A stretch of DNA of 63,835 bases, counting the filler, from Octopus bimaculoides (Eukaryota), in assembly GCF_001194135.2 (NCBI RefSeq). It is 7 parts of 7 records of this genome, joined end to end, with 100 filler letters (N's around TTAATTAATTAA, not from the genome) between each part and the next. Parts side by side here need not be neighbours in the genome. Positions count along the whole stretch, not along the records: positions 1 to 15,678 come from NC_068982.1; 6 more parts are not named here. One strand, 5' to 3'. Below, piece by piece: positions 1 to 11,671 of this stretch (position 1 is its first letter; the number at the start of each line of letters is the position of its first letter). The position numbers and the translations under genes are program-made. The notes under the pieces were generated by a model. That model did not search any database, was not told the origin of the DNA, and was given only the letters and a program-made list of their open reading frames with translations.

Positions 1-444
1 TATATATATATATATATATGTATATGTATGTATGTGTATATATAGCTTGATGCACACATACATACATACAAATATACATAAATATATTGATAAAATAAGA
101 ACTTAGCTTTAAAATAATTTGTGGGGTCTATATGCACGACTGAACCCATAAGAATAGTGAACCTGCAAAGCTGCAATCTAATAACTAGTGAAAAGATGAA
201 TACAGGAATATGTTGTATTTATATATAAATGTGTGTCTGTCTGTCTGTCTGTGTGCTTGCGCGCGTGTGTGTGTATGTATACATATGTGAATGCGTGTAA
301 AGAGAGAGAGAGAGTGAGAGAGCGTCAGAGAGAGAGACAAATCCGTGTATATCAAATACCATACAAAAAACATTTATTGAAATTATTTCCATTTGCAGTG
401 GATGTGTCATAATCTCTAAATGAAAGTTGAGACCAGATCTATTT

Positions 445-660
445 GAGAAGGGGTAATAATCACGAGATTCAATAATTTCTCGGAAACTGACGAGCCATTA
501 TGAAAAAGTATAGGCTTGTAGTTTGGAGATAAGGGGACAAGTGTTTCTAGCTCAATAACCATGATCAGCTCGACAATTGTCCTACATCTCCAGCAACTAC
601 AAAACAGAATAGGAAAGTGTAATGGCCGAGATAATTTTCATGAGATTATCTCCCCTTATC
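445..660. repeat. Degenerate foldback (palindromic MITE-like) element
   Basis: 445-540 (gagaaggggtaataatc...ctcgg...gccatta...ttgtagtttggagataaggggacaagtg) aligns with the reverse complement of 575-660 (gataaggggagataatctc...ctcggccatta...ttgtagttgctggagatgtaggacaattg). Confidence 0.55.
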
Positions 661-775
661 AAGAGATAATGCTTATAAATCAGGAATTTTTGCTGTATGG
701 TATTTAACATACCAGTATTTGTCTATGTTATTCAAATACACGCCACTTGCTAATTCGATTAATTCGTGTTAGCTC

Positions 776-818
<43 letters not shown>

Positions 819-2119
819 GGTATAGTAAGTTTTAGAGGTAATACTTGATAAGCGTAAGCATCTGTATATGCCAGATAGTGGCAGATGTGAAAGAATATAT
901 TAGACGTAAATTGAAAACAGAACACAAAGGATAATTTACGTAATATATATATATATATANNNNNNNNNNNNNNNNNNNNNNNNNNNNNNNNNNNNNNNNN
1001 NNNNNNNNNNNNNNNNNNNNNNNNNNNNNNNNNNNNNNNNNNNNNNNNNNNNNNNNNNNNNNNNNNNNNNNNNNNNNNNNNNNNNNNNNNNNNNNNNNNN
1101 NNNNNNNNNNNNNNNNNNNNNNNNNNNNNNNNNNNNNNNNNNNNNNNNNNNNNNNNNNNNNNNNNNNNNNNNNNNNNNNNNNNNNNNNNNNNNNNNNNNN
1201 NNNNNNNNNNNNNNNNNNNNNNNNNNNNNNNNNNNNNNNNNNNNNNNNNNNNNNNNNNNNNNNNNNNNNNNNNNNNNNNNNNNNNNNNNNNNNNNNNNNN
1301 NNNNNNNNNNNNNNNNNNNNNNNNNNNNNNNNNNNNNNNNNNNNNNNNNNNNNNNNNNNNNNNNNNNNNNNNNNNNNNNNNNNNNNNNNNNNNNNNNNNN
1401 NNNNNNNNNNNNNNNNNNNNNNNNNNNNNNNNNNNNNNNNNNNNNNNNNNNNNNNNNNNNNNNNNNNNNNNNNNNNNNNNNNNNNNNNNNNNNNNNNNNN
1501 NNNNNNNNNNNNNNNNNNNNNNNNNNNNNNNNNNNNNNNNNNNNNNNNNNNNNNNNNNNNNNNNNNNNNNNNNNNNNNNNNNNNNNNNNNNNNNNNNNNN
1601 NNNNNNNNNNNNNNNNNNNNNNNNNNNNNNNNNNNNNNNNNNNNNNNNNNNNNNNNNNNNNNNNNNNNNNNNTATATATATATCGAGAGAGAGAGAGAGG
1701 AAGAACGAAAGCGAAAGAGGTAAACTAAATCCGAAAATATGCAGAACAAAGACAGAAATGTATAAATGTTGACGCTTTAATACATGCGCAGAAATGGTCA
1801 TATAAGCAGAATAATAAAATATAGATAACAGATGATTGCAGCACTTGGCTTATAGCAGAAACGGATTAAGAAGAATATTTATCGCAATTGTGATTTTGAC
1901 AATCAACAATTTGAATAAAAAGACATTGCCCAAATATCAATCGATAACTCGCTACATGCAGTAGAGTTATTTTAGTTTAGTTTTTGAATATGTTCGGCTC
2001 TATCGTCATTTATGTGACAAAAGGAGCATCTTCATACCCAAATACACAAACACACACACACACATATACATTTATGTGTATGTGTGCGTATATATGCATA
2101 TATATATATACTGTATACA

Positions 2120-2160
<41 letters not shown>

Positions 2161-2204
2161 ACATATACATATCTACCTATCTATACATACATACATACAT
2201 ACAC

Positions 2205-2248
<44 letters not shown>

Positions 2249-2650
2249 TAGCTGACGTACCCTTCGTTCCGTTCTCATAACTGGTTTGCTAATCCAATAA
2301 CAACAATACAAAGTATCTAGCCCTTTAAACGGTTTTTGTGGATTTACAGAGAATACCAAACAGTCTTACACAGGATCTTGTTTTTAGGAATCACCAATAA
2401 GTTATGAATGCCCAAATTATGAAGTCAGTTACGTAATAACATGAAATTAGTTACTCAATAGTAAGAATCAAATAAAGTAGCCCCAAAAAGGGCTTTAATG
2501 CGTTCCCAGAGTATGTAGAACCTAGGAGGAAATACTAATGATGTATAAATACTAAAATCGTGAAGCATGTTACGTAATAATCAGATATGAGATAATAACA
2601 ATTCAAAGTAAATAACTCTCAAAAGGGCTTTCGTGCGTTCCCAGAGAATA

Positions 2651-3080
2651 TTACCCTCAGCGGCGCTAATGTTGGTATATTCGTGAATAAGTCACTAACC
2701 AAAATAAGTGGATGTATTGTTTAGGAAAATACTATTTACTTGTTCAAGGGTTCTACTTGATAAATTGCGAAAATAACTCTAACAGTTCAAACACTAAGAA
2801 GTAAGCACACTCAATTTGATTTATGCGAAATGATTTAGGAAAATGAATAGGTTATTTCCCTTGGCTGTTAAAATGAGATATATTAGATATATATACGGAT
2901 CCCTTGTAGGCGCCCTACTATCTCATTTTTCAACAATCTGAGTATGCCATGAGGTTTCCAGACATGAGTTCCACACACGTGTCACCTTACATCAAAATCG
3001 ATAAAACAATGTAGGAGGAGTTAGCCAACAACTCCGCAAACATACCCACAGACAGAATTTCCCACATATGTAGTAGATAT
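2651..3080 (+). mobile_element. Dispersed ~430-bp non-autonomous repeat (Helentron/HINE-like), copy 1
   Basis: Colinear with 35976-36452 from ttaccctcag... to ...gtagat; contains a catcaaaatcg motif; no coding capacity. The family assignment is inference. Confidence 0.6.
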
Positions 3081-3110
3081 ATTATGATAAGATGAAAAAT
3101 AGAGAGGTAG

Positions 3111-3517
3111 GAGTGACTGTGTGGTAAGTAGCTTACTTACGAACCACATCGTTCCGGGTTCAGTCCCACTGCGTGGCACCTTGGGCAAATGTCTTCAACT
3201 ATAGCTTCGGGCCGACCAAAGCCTTTTGAGTGGATTTGGTAGATGGAAACTGAAAGACGCCCGTCCTATATATGTATATACATATATATGTATATACATA
3301 TATATGTATGTGTGTGTATCCGTGTTTGTCCCCCCCAACATTGCTTGACAACCGATGCTGGTGTGTTTAGGTCCCCGTAATATAGCGGTTCAGCAAAAGA
3401 GAACCGATAGAATAAGTACTAGGCTTACAAAGAATAAATCCTGGGTCGATTTGCTTGACTAAAGGCGGTGCTCCAGAATGGCCACACTCAAATGACTGAA
3501 ACAAGTAAAAGTGTAAA
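3111..3517 (+). mobile_element. tRNA-type SINE, family A (octopus OK/OR-like)
   Basis: Head gagtgactgtgtggtaagtagc...ttccgggttcagtcccactgcgtggcacc, central microsatellite, tail gctccag...aatgactgaaacaagtaaaag; about 10 copies in the window. Confidence 0.85.
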
Positions 3518-4544
3518 AATGAACAAACATCATTTACAGCTGTTTCAATTCCAGACCTTCAGAAAATTAATTCATAAAATTTTAAATTATTTGGAAGTTG
3601 AATCTCTTCAGAGGTAGTTTAAGATATACAAAATAGGTGTTCAATTCCTGCATGTTCAGTAAACGGCTGCAAACCGCTCATGCATTCATACACAAAAACA
3701 TTCAACATACATATACATGCGTATGCATACACTCATATAAATATATTTATGTATCTACATATACACCTATGTACACTCACATACACGTATGCACACTCGC
3801 ATACAGCATCCATCTACTCAAAAACACAAAGGTCTATACACCCGAACAATTTTAATATATATCATTGTTATATTAACCCATACATAGGTACATACATTTG
3901 TCAGTTTCAGCAGCTCGTCACCCATGCAAGTATTGATACACATAATAGCAATATTAATAGCACGTAGGTATGTGCTAACTGCAAAATAAGGATCAAACAA
4001 TTATTTCATTGTGGGTGGGGGAGATTGTCAAATGAGTAGATCCAATAGGCGTCTCCATTAAACAGAAGTAGACCGATGCTGACGTAAAGTGGTCAAGAAT
4101 AAACTAAAGTGAAACAAACCAACAATGAATATGGAATGGTAAGGTATGTTACAAATTACAGGCAAATTCATTCATTGTTACGGTGGAGGATCAAGATACT
4201 ACTATGGGAGAGTAAGGTACAGGAATGGATACTTGTGCACTCTACAATCTAAATTTACGTTAAGAGTCTGGCATTATATGATTATAAGAGGATGTAAAGG
4301 AGGAGTAGTAAAATTGTGCAACATAATATAGTTTAGTTATTATGAGTGGGAGAAGGGTTTTAAAACTCAGATGGGTTTCGCGTAAGTATATTAATGTTGG
4401 GTTACCTAAAAGGGGCCCAGGTAAGTTAATCTATTAATCAAATTATAATTGCAAGCTAGTTTATGCCAACATTAAGAATCGAATTCTATTTCTATGGTGA
4501 AGCGCTATAGCTGCCATTAATGGAGAAAATGCATATTAGATGCT

Positions 4545-7115
4545 TACAATTATTTATATCTAGAGAAAGCAAATTTGTGCAAGGGATTTTGCTCTTCCCT
4601 TGGGTTGAGTATTACGAGTCTAGCCTTTAATATGAAAAATATTTTCATTGATGTATAAGTGGCATTTCTTATTTTTTTACATTGTATGAAGGTGCGGAGG
4701 CAAGGAATTTCCATTTTAATCAAAACTGATTTCTTGATCTTTAAGCTCCTAAATAAATTTACTTAATCCTGTCGAGCTAATCTTATTTCTATTTCTGAAA
4801 GTGTGTAGGTACGCGGCTCATCTTCGCTTCATTTCGTTTTAGAAGTGCTATTAAGGGCTCAATTATCTTTATTTCTGAATCACATAGGTTGTGTTGTGGG
4901 GGGATAGCTAATTACTACTAGATTGGTATATATAGATGGATTATTAAGAAGTGTATTATGATTAATAGGGTTATTATAGTTGTTAGTATTATCATTACTA
5001 TGCTTGAAGTGTTAATTGAGGTTGTTATTTTCATTTTTATCATTGTTTTTATTATTGATATTGTTATTATTGTTATTTCTATCTAAATAGAATGTATCTA
5101 GTTCTTTATTATTATTTAGGGATGAAATGATGCTAGCTAAATTATGTATCAGACTATAACCTATCAATAATTTTCGAGTACCTGCTATTCTTATCAAGGT
5201 GTTTATTTATAGTTTGGAATATAGATTTGACAAAATTAGTTTTAATTTGCATAGCATACGCGAGTATAAGCCAATTACTATCTTTTGTTTTTCCAATATT
5301 CCTACCATACAACCGAATTTTATTTTTGTTGGAGTGATGAATGCTACATTTATGCTTATTTGTTTTTATCATCTTGTTATCTATGTTATACACGTTAGGC
5401 ACTCCATTGGTGATGTTACCATTAGGTTTTTGCTTATAATATTTTATTGTTGTTGTTGACGTTATGATTAGTGTTATTGTTGGTATTATTTGTACTACGC
5501 TTCATTCTCATAGTTATATTGTTATTTTTATTATTATTATTATTGTTGTTATATTTGGTGTTACAATTTCTATTCTTATTAGTGTTGGGCATTATAGGTT
5601 TCTGTACTTTATTGCTTAATTTAGGTAAATTTCTATATTCCTTATTACTGCTATTGATGTTATCAATATTATTACTAGTCATTATAGTATTATATGGAAT
5701 ATATTTAATTTTTCTTTTGTATCCTGTAGTTTTTAGTGCCCTGTTGTATTGTTCTTTATGCTTATTGAATAAATCCTCATTAGAATAAATTATTTAACTA
5801 ATGCTTTTTATAAGAGCTTTTTTATCGATTGCGGATGATTACTAAGAGAGTGTATATATTAGTATTTAGTTTCATGTAAGGTTCATGCAGTCCCGTATTT
5901 AAATTATAGTTAACGTCTAGGTAGTTGATTCAGTGGTTTTCATTCTCTGTAGTGATAGAAAGGCCAAATCTATTGAGAAATTTGTACAATTTTTTTAAAG
6001 TAGTTCTAGGCGTCTGTTAGAAGTATTTCTAATTATAAAACGTGCATCGTCCCTGTAGAGTCCTCCCACCAAATTATAGAAATTACTTATTTAAGTTGTC
6101 TAGTAGATATATGCCCACAAGGTGAGTCATTCCCGCCGAATCCGGGGATCCCATTGTTATATAAAAATAATTAAAGTTATCCTTTCTTGCTCGCAATTTA
6201 TTATCAAATTCAATAATAGAATTTCAGCCCGTGGGGATTACGTTTATTTCTTTCGTGCTGATCTTAGTGTGGTTCTTAGCAAAAATAAGGGCCCTATTTA
6301 AGATAGTAGGGTTTATAGAGGAGTCATAATTTTGAATATCTAATTGTAAAAGTTTATGCTTATCCTTATGCTGTATATTAGAAAACCAACCTATTGCATT
6401 TTGGATATTAGTCCATAATTCAAGTTCAATCTTTTTCCTAAGGGTAGGTATGTACTTATCTAGAATTGCTTTGCTAAGTTTTCCTAAATCTGATTTATTG
6501 GGGCAAATTAGTCTAACATGGGTGTTGCTTAAGAAGCTATCCTTATGGTCCTTAATTGTAATACGAGGACTAATAGGTGTAAAAGGTTCTGTTGTATCAC
6601 CTATATTGTAATCAGTCATAATTTTCTTAGCGTCTAAGCTGATTGTTTTATGAGTGCTTCTAGGAACTACTTTATATTTTTGTGATTTCTTTGTCGATGA
6701 GTTCATGATAAGCATTTATGTCCATGTTGTAAGTGCTTATGATTTTGCCTGAATCTACTATTATTCCCTTTTTAGATTTTAATTCGAGAATCAGGTTCTT
6801 TAGCTTCCTCTGGTGTTCACTGCGCTTAAGGGGGTGTTTTTTAAACTAAATGTCCTCAAAAGAGGACCAGAGTTGTTGTTCAAATGCATTAAGGTAGCTG
6901 TTTGGTGGTGGTTCTGAAAATTCCGGTGGTAAGGTTTTTATCGTCTATGGCGTTGGTGTTGGTGTTGATGTTAGTGTCGGTGTCTAGATAAGTTAGTTCA
7001 TGCTTCCTGTCGTAGTATTAGGGTTTCCAACGTAATCTATGGGTGAATTCACTGATTTTAAGTATTAGGTCTTTAGGATAGATTTTCTTGAGAGGGATAG
7101 GAATATTCAACTTTT
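4545..7115 (-). mobile_element. Decayed Penelope-like retroelement (RT plus C-terminal GIY-YIG region), probably Naiad clade
   Basis: Translated across stops and frameshifts: NIPIPS...HRLRWK; ITIKDHKDSF..VRLICPNKSDLGKLSK; LDIQNYDSSI; ITMGSPDSA; GLYRDD; NYLDVNYNLNTG; SNHP; KTNFVKSIF; LSKFI*ELKD..KWKFLA..Y..KKCHL..NE..LNPREE. This motif order is typical of PLE RT-EN proteins. Confidence 0.9.
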
Positions 7116-7366
7116 CTCTTTTTCTTCTTTATACTATTCTTCTTTATTTATTCTTCACTCTGATGAAGTTCCATGTTTCAGATCGGTTTTATTACCGAAT
7201 ATGATAAATATTTTTAGCATATCAATGGCAATACTATACAACATCGGAAGCAGAAACAGCTGTTAGATGGGTCGCAGTCTATTTGTATTGAATTAATAAA
7301 TTATAATTGATATAAGTCAATTGTTGTTCATTAATATTTTTCCATTTTCTGTTCATATATATATAC

Positions 7367-7416
<50 letters not shown>

Positions 7417-9409
7417 NNNNNNNNNNNNNNNNNNNNNNNNNNNNNNNNNNNNNNNNNNNNNNNNNNNNNNNNNNNNNNNNNNNNNNNNNNNNNNNNNNNN
7501 NNNNNNNNNNNNNNNNNNNNNNNNNNNNNNNNNNNNNNNNNNNNNNNNNNTATTTATTCTTCACTCTGATGAAGTTCCATGTTTCAGATCGGTTTTATTA
7601 CCGAATATGATAAATATTTTTAGCATATCAATGGCAATACTATACAACATCGGAAGCAGAAACAGCTGTTAGATGGGTCGCAGTCTATTTGTATTGAATT
7701 AATAAATTATAATTGATATAAGTCAATTGTTGTTCATTAATATTTTTCCATTTTCTGTTCATATATATATACATATATATATATATGTGTGTGTGTGTGT
7801 CTGTGTGTGTGTGTGTGTGTGTATTTGCTTAGATTCAAATTAACGCGCCAGATCCCCAGATTATAACCAAGGCCCAAGTAGATCGCCATAAAATTAATTT
7901 ACAGTACGCCTACGTGAACATAATGCCTATGATCTAAGATGGATTGATCGAACATATTTCAGAGTGTTTTAGTTGACATGAAGTATTGCAATATATATCG
8001 AAAATCAGTGTGCCATTCAATTTGAAAATTAAATATCAATAAGAGTATTAAAGATATTGCAATTATATCTTTCAAATATGTAATTAGTCCTTAGGGTCGA
8101 ATACAACTTTTAAATTGTGTTAACAAGAGAGAGACACGAATCAGCTAGTGATGCTGAAAATAATGAAACTCACATCTGAATTAATATTAAAATGCTCCGC
8201 TTCGAAGAGATGAGGAACTAAATATGCAATTAAATTTTACATATCTAATGTTATTATATATTGACACATAAATTTTAATGCCATGAAAGTGTTCAATATG
8301 AAATAGTGGTAAATGAAATGTGTTTGAAGTTTGACGTTTAAGTGTACTAGAGACATTATGTATGCTTTTTGAGATCTCAAAGTTTCACGTGCCTCATATA
8401 CAATCATCAGTAAATGAAGAGAGGCTTTACAATAATATATACCTAATCTATAATTCTACGATGTTATGGGGAAAGAAATGAAACTGAAAAATAAAGAATA
8501 ATAATGCTTTCCTAAAAATTTGTTTCAAGCATATAATTTCAAAAACTATGTGGGTCAGAAAACAAACAGTTTGAAAAGGAAACAATCTTTAAAGATTTGC
8601 CTACAGTTTATTGTACATTGCAAATACATTTTATATCAAATAATCAGAAAATATTTGATGCAATCATTAATATTCCCATAAAATTAGACATTTTTAATTC
8701 GCAAATTTTCTTCAGCCCATCTTTTCGTTGAACTTGTCTCAAGTTTCTAACCTCTGGACACGCTTACTATAGATCTTTCTGCTTGTTATTGTTGCAAAAC
8801 TAGCCTAACTTCCTGTGTGCATTAAGATATAATACTTGCATCCTAAGACCAAAGGGCATCGCCATTATAGAAAATAATCATATTCCTAACAGAACATACA
8901 ACAGTTAATAACCAACTAAATGCAAATATTTTTTTTCTTTTCAAGAGCAAGCATGGAATACCAAGAAAATAATGAAAAAATAAATACGTTTCTTAATTTC
9001 TGGTGAACAGGAAATTCATAATAGATTCCTTCTGGATCAGGTTTAACAATGCTACAAAAAAAAAAAAAATATTTGAAGAAAAATCAAGTTATCTGTTAAA
9101 CGTGAATTTCTAAAGTAATTAGATGTTTTGGAGAAAGTAGGAGACTAAGGGAATTTTACGTTGCCCGAAGCAACTTCAGCATTATTGCCATGCCAACATT
9201 CTCACCATAATTGATTTTAATATCTTTCTTCCTGAATTCGTTTCTGCAAATGTTTTGTCTACGTCTTTTTAAAGTGATTCAATCAGTTGTTAGTACTGTA
9301 CCGGCTGATAACCCATTTCCGGTTATTACTGTGGAGATCTACTGATTTCTAAGGTATTCTTCTTATATATCACCTTTAGATGTAATAACTCATCCATAGA
9401 TATTCATGT

Positions 9410-9475
<66 letters not shown>

Positions 9476-10445
9476 TCAGAGTAATAACTAAAACTGTACA
9501 CATATGCATACAACAAAACCTATTAATAACACCGCAGGCAGACATAGACTCACAGAAACACACCCACAAACATATACACAAATTCACAGACACGCACACA
9601 TATACACATATATGTATGCATACATACACACATACATGCATACATACATATGCACATATATGCACACGTATACACATACACATATGTTTGTGTGCACGTC
9701 TGTATCGATGAAATTATGTTCTTTTTATTTGTGTTATTGGTACTTTAAATCTTCCAGTATGAATGTCTGCTTATTTCTATATTCATTGCTGTAAAAGGGA
9801 ACATATATTGTAGAGTCAAATACTGATTTAATTCATTCATTTCAGAGAAAGGCCTGAGTCCTAGAGTATTCACTTAATTATTGCTGTCTCTCACATCAAT
9901 ACCTTGTATTACATTACCTTACACGTCGACCCAAAATTTGCAATACCTACCGATTCATATTGTGTAACATGAACATTTTTGTCGGCATATATGATTATTT
10001 TATTTCCCTTCATTTTGATTACAGCTGATTCCCCTTTCGGTTTAAACGAAATCTTTTTAAATGAACTTTACAAATATTGAAAATATAGCCCCGAACTAAA
10101 AGTTGAATAAAAATAAAAACTGTGTGGATGTAATGTTAAAATCTTTATTTGTTGCATGCTTTCTTTACAGGAACATAACGTATTCTGTCTCATTGAGTCC
10201 TTTATTCCGTATCTCACCTAAGGCTTAAAGGAAAGAAGAGGAGGTAAAAAGGGATTGATTGAGCTTGTTGTGGAGACATGGATATAATATGTGAAGGTTA
10301 AAGTACTCCGTTCTGGTTTGTGGTGGTAGAGAGTAACTGGGGAAGCGGTAAGGCAAAAAAAAATACATTAGATAACATTAGCTTTGGCTGGCTAATTTGG
10401 AGTTCTAGAAATCTATACGTTCAAGGGATTGGCTACTTAGGTTTA

Positions 10446-10673
10446 AAGTCGAGGCCAAAAGTTTGGAACATAGGTCTGGAAATTAGAATTTTTATATTAA
10501 ATGCCCAATGTCATAGCTAATTTGCAGTATATTATTACTTCACCAAAAGTTTGGAACATAAGTCTGAAAGTTAAATTTTTTATATATTAAATACTCAAAT
10601 ATATACGTTAATCGAATTGTGTTTGGGTATAATTTTAATTTTTTTTAATATTCCACACTTTTGGCTACGACTG
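10446..10673. mobile_element. Tc1/mariner-type MITE
   Basis: TIRs (ta)aagtcgaggccaaaagtttggaaca and, reverse-complemented, (ta)cagtcgtagccaaaagtgtggaata; TA flanks; internal ~87-bp tandem duplication. Confidence 0.7.
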
Positions 10674-11550
10674 TACGCGCACTGCCCTACCCTGTGGTAC
10701 CTGCTTATCGCTGGTTGGATCGTACCACTTTGTGAACCACTATGACGTATAAAACTGCTCACTCACGATTGTCGATGTCCTATTGCCGTAGGCGGATGTG
10801 TTTGTGTATCTTAAATCTTCTTTCCCATCATCTAGCCAAATCAAAATCGGAATTTTAAGGATATTTATCAAATACATATACTACCTTCCACGGAGTGACG
10901 TTCTGGACTACAGTTTTGAAGACAGATCAAGTTCTATACCAATATCTGTATTTCAATAACTGTAATTCTGCACGATTGGGAAACTTATCTCTTATAAATG
11001 GAACATCTCTTTTGAATGGATGCATTTGGCATGTGATATCTGAGAATATACTTGCATATTCACTACATTGGTCGAAAGCGGATGTGCGGTCTCCAAACAT
11101 GCTAGTCTGTGAACTCACAATTGCCCTTTTTCAGAAATTATGGCCTTTACTAGTTTGGCTGTACACAGTGTCATCCTACTGACGAATTGATTAAGGCTGC
11201 CATTCATCTTAACTCTTCTTTGGTTTTCAGACAGCAAATGATGAGCAGATAATGATATAGCTGCAGGACTTTTATGAACGGATATTAACTACATTATATA
11301 AAGATTCTTAAAGTTGAAATGCTCATGATATTCAATGGGTCTATATGAATTAAACATTCATGATTATAAATATGTTCAGCAGTTTTATTTTTCCCAGGGA
11401 TAACATAACTAATCAATCGATCACAAAACTTATACGTTTCGGATTATAATAGATCCTTAACAATGTGTAACGAGAGGTTCACCGTTTATTTAACTTCTGT
11501 TTATATATATTTATGCATGAGCGTTCAATTGAGTGAAACAATTGATGATT

Positions 11551-11671
<121 letters not shown>

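Noticed and set aside
6224-6226. In-frame TGA in the PLE RT as a Sec codon
   Set aside because: It aligns to a conserved Arg (..ARKSLL..), so CGA-to-TGA deamination is the simpler explanation.
7160-7205. CTGATGA as a possible hammerhead ribozyme core next to the PLE
   Set aside because: It is on the opposite strand to the element, with no stem II followed by GAAA.
7145-7784. ~235-bp direct duplication (7145-7378 vs 7551-7784), possible Penelope terminal repeat
   Set aside because: The copies are identical and sit either side of an N gap bordered by (TA)n, which is typical of an unmerged contig overlap.
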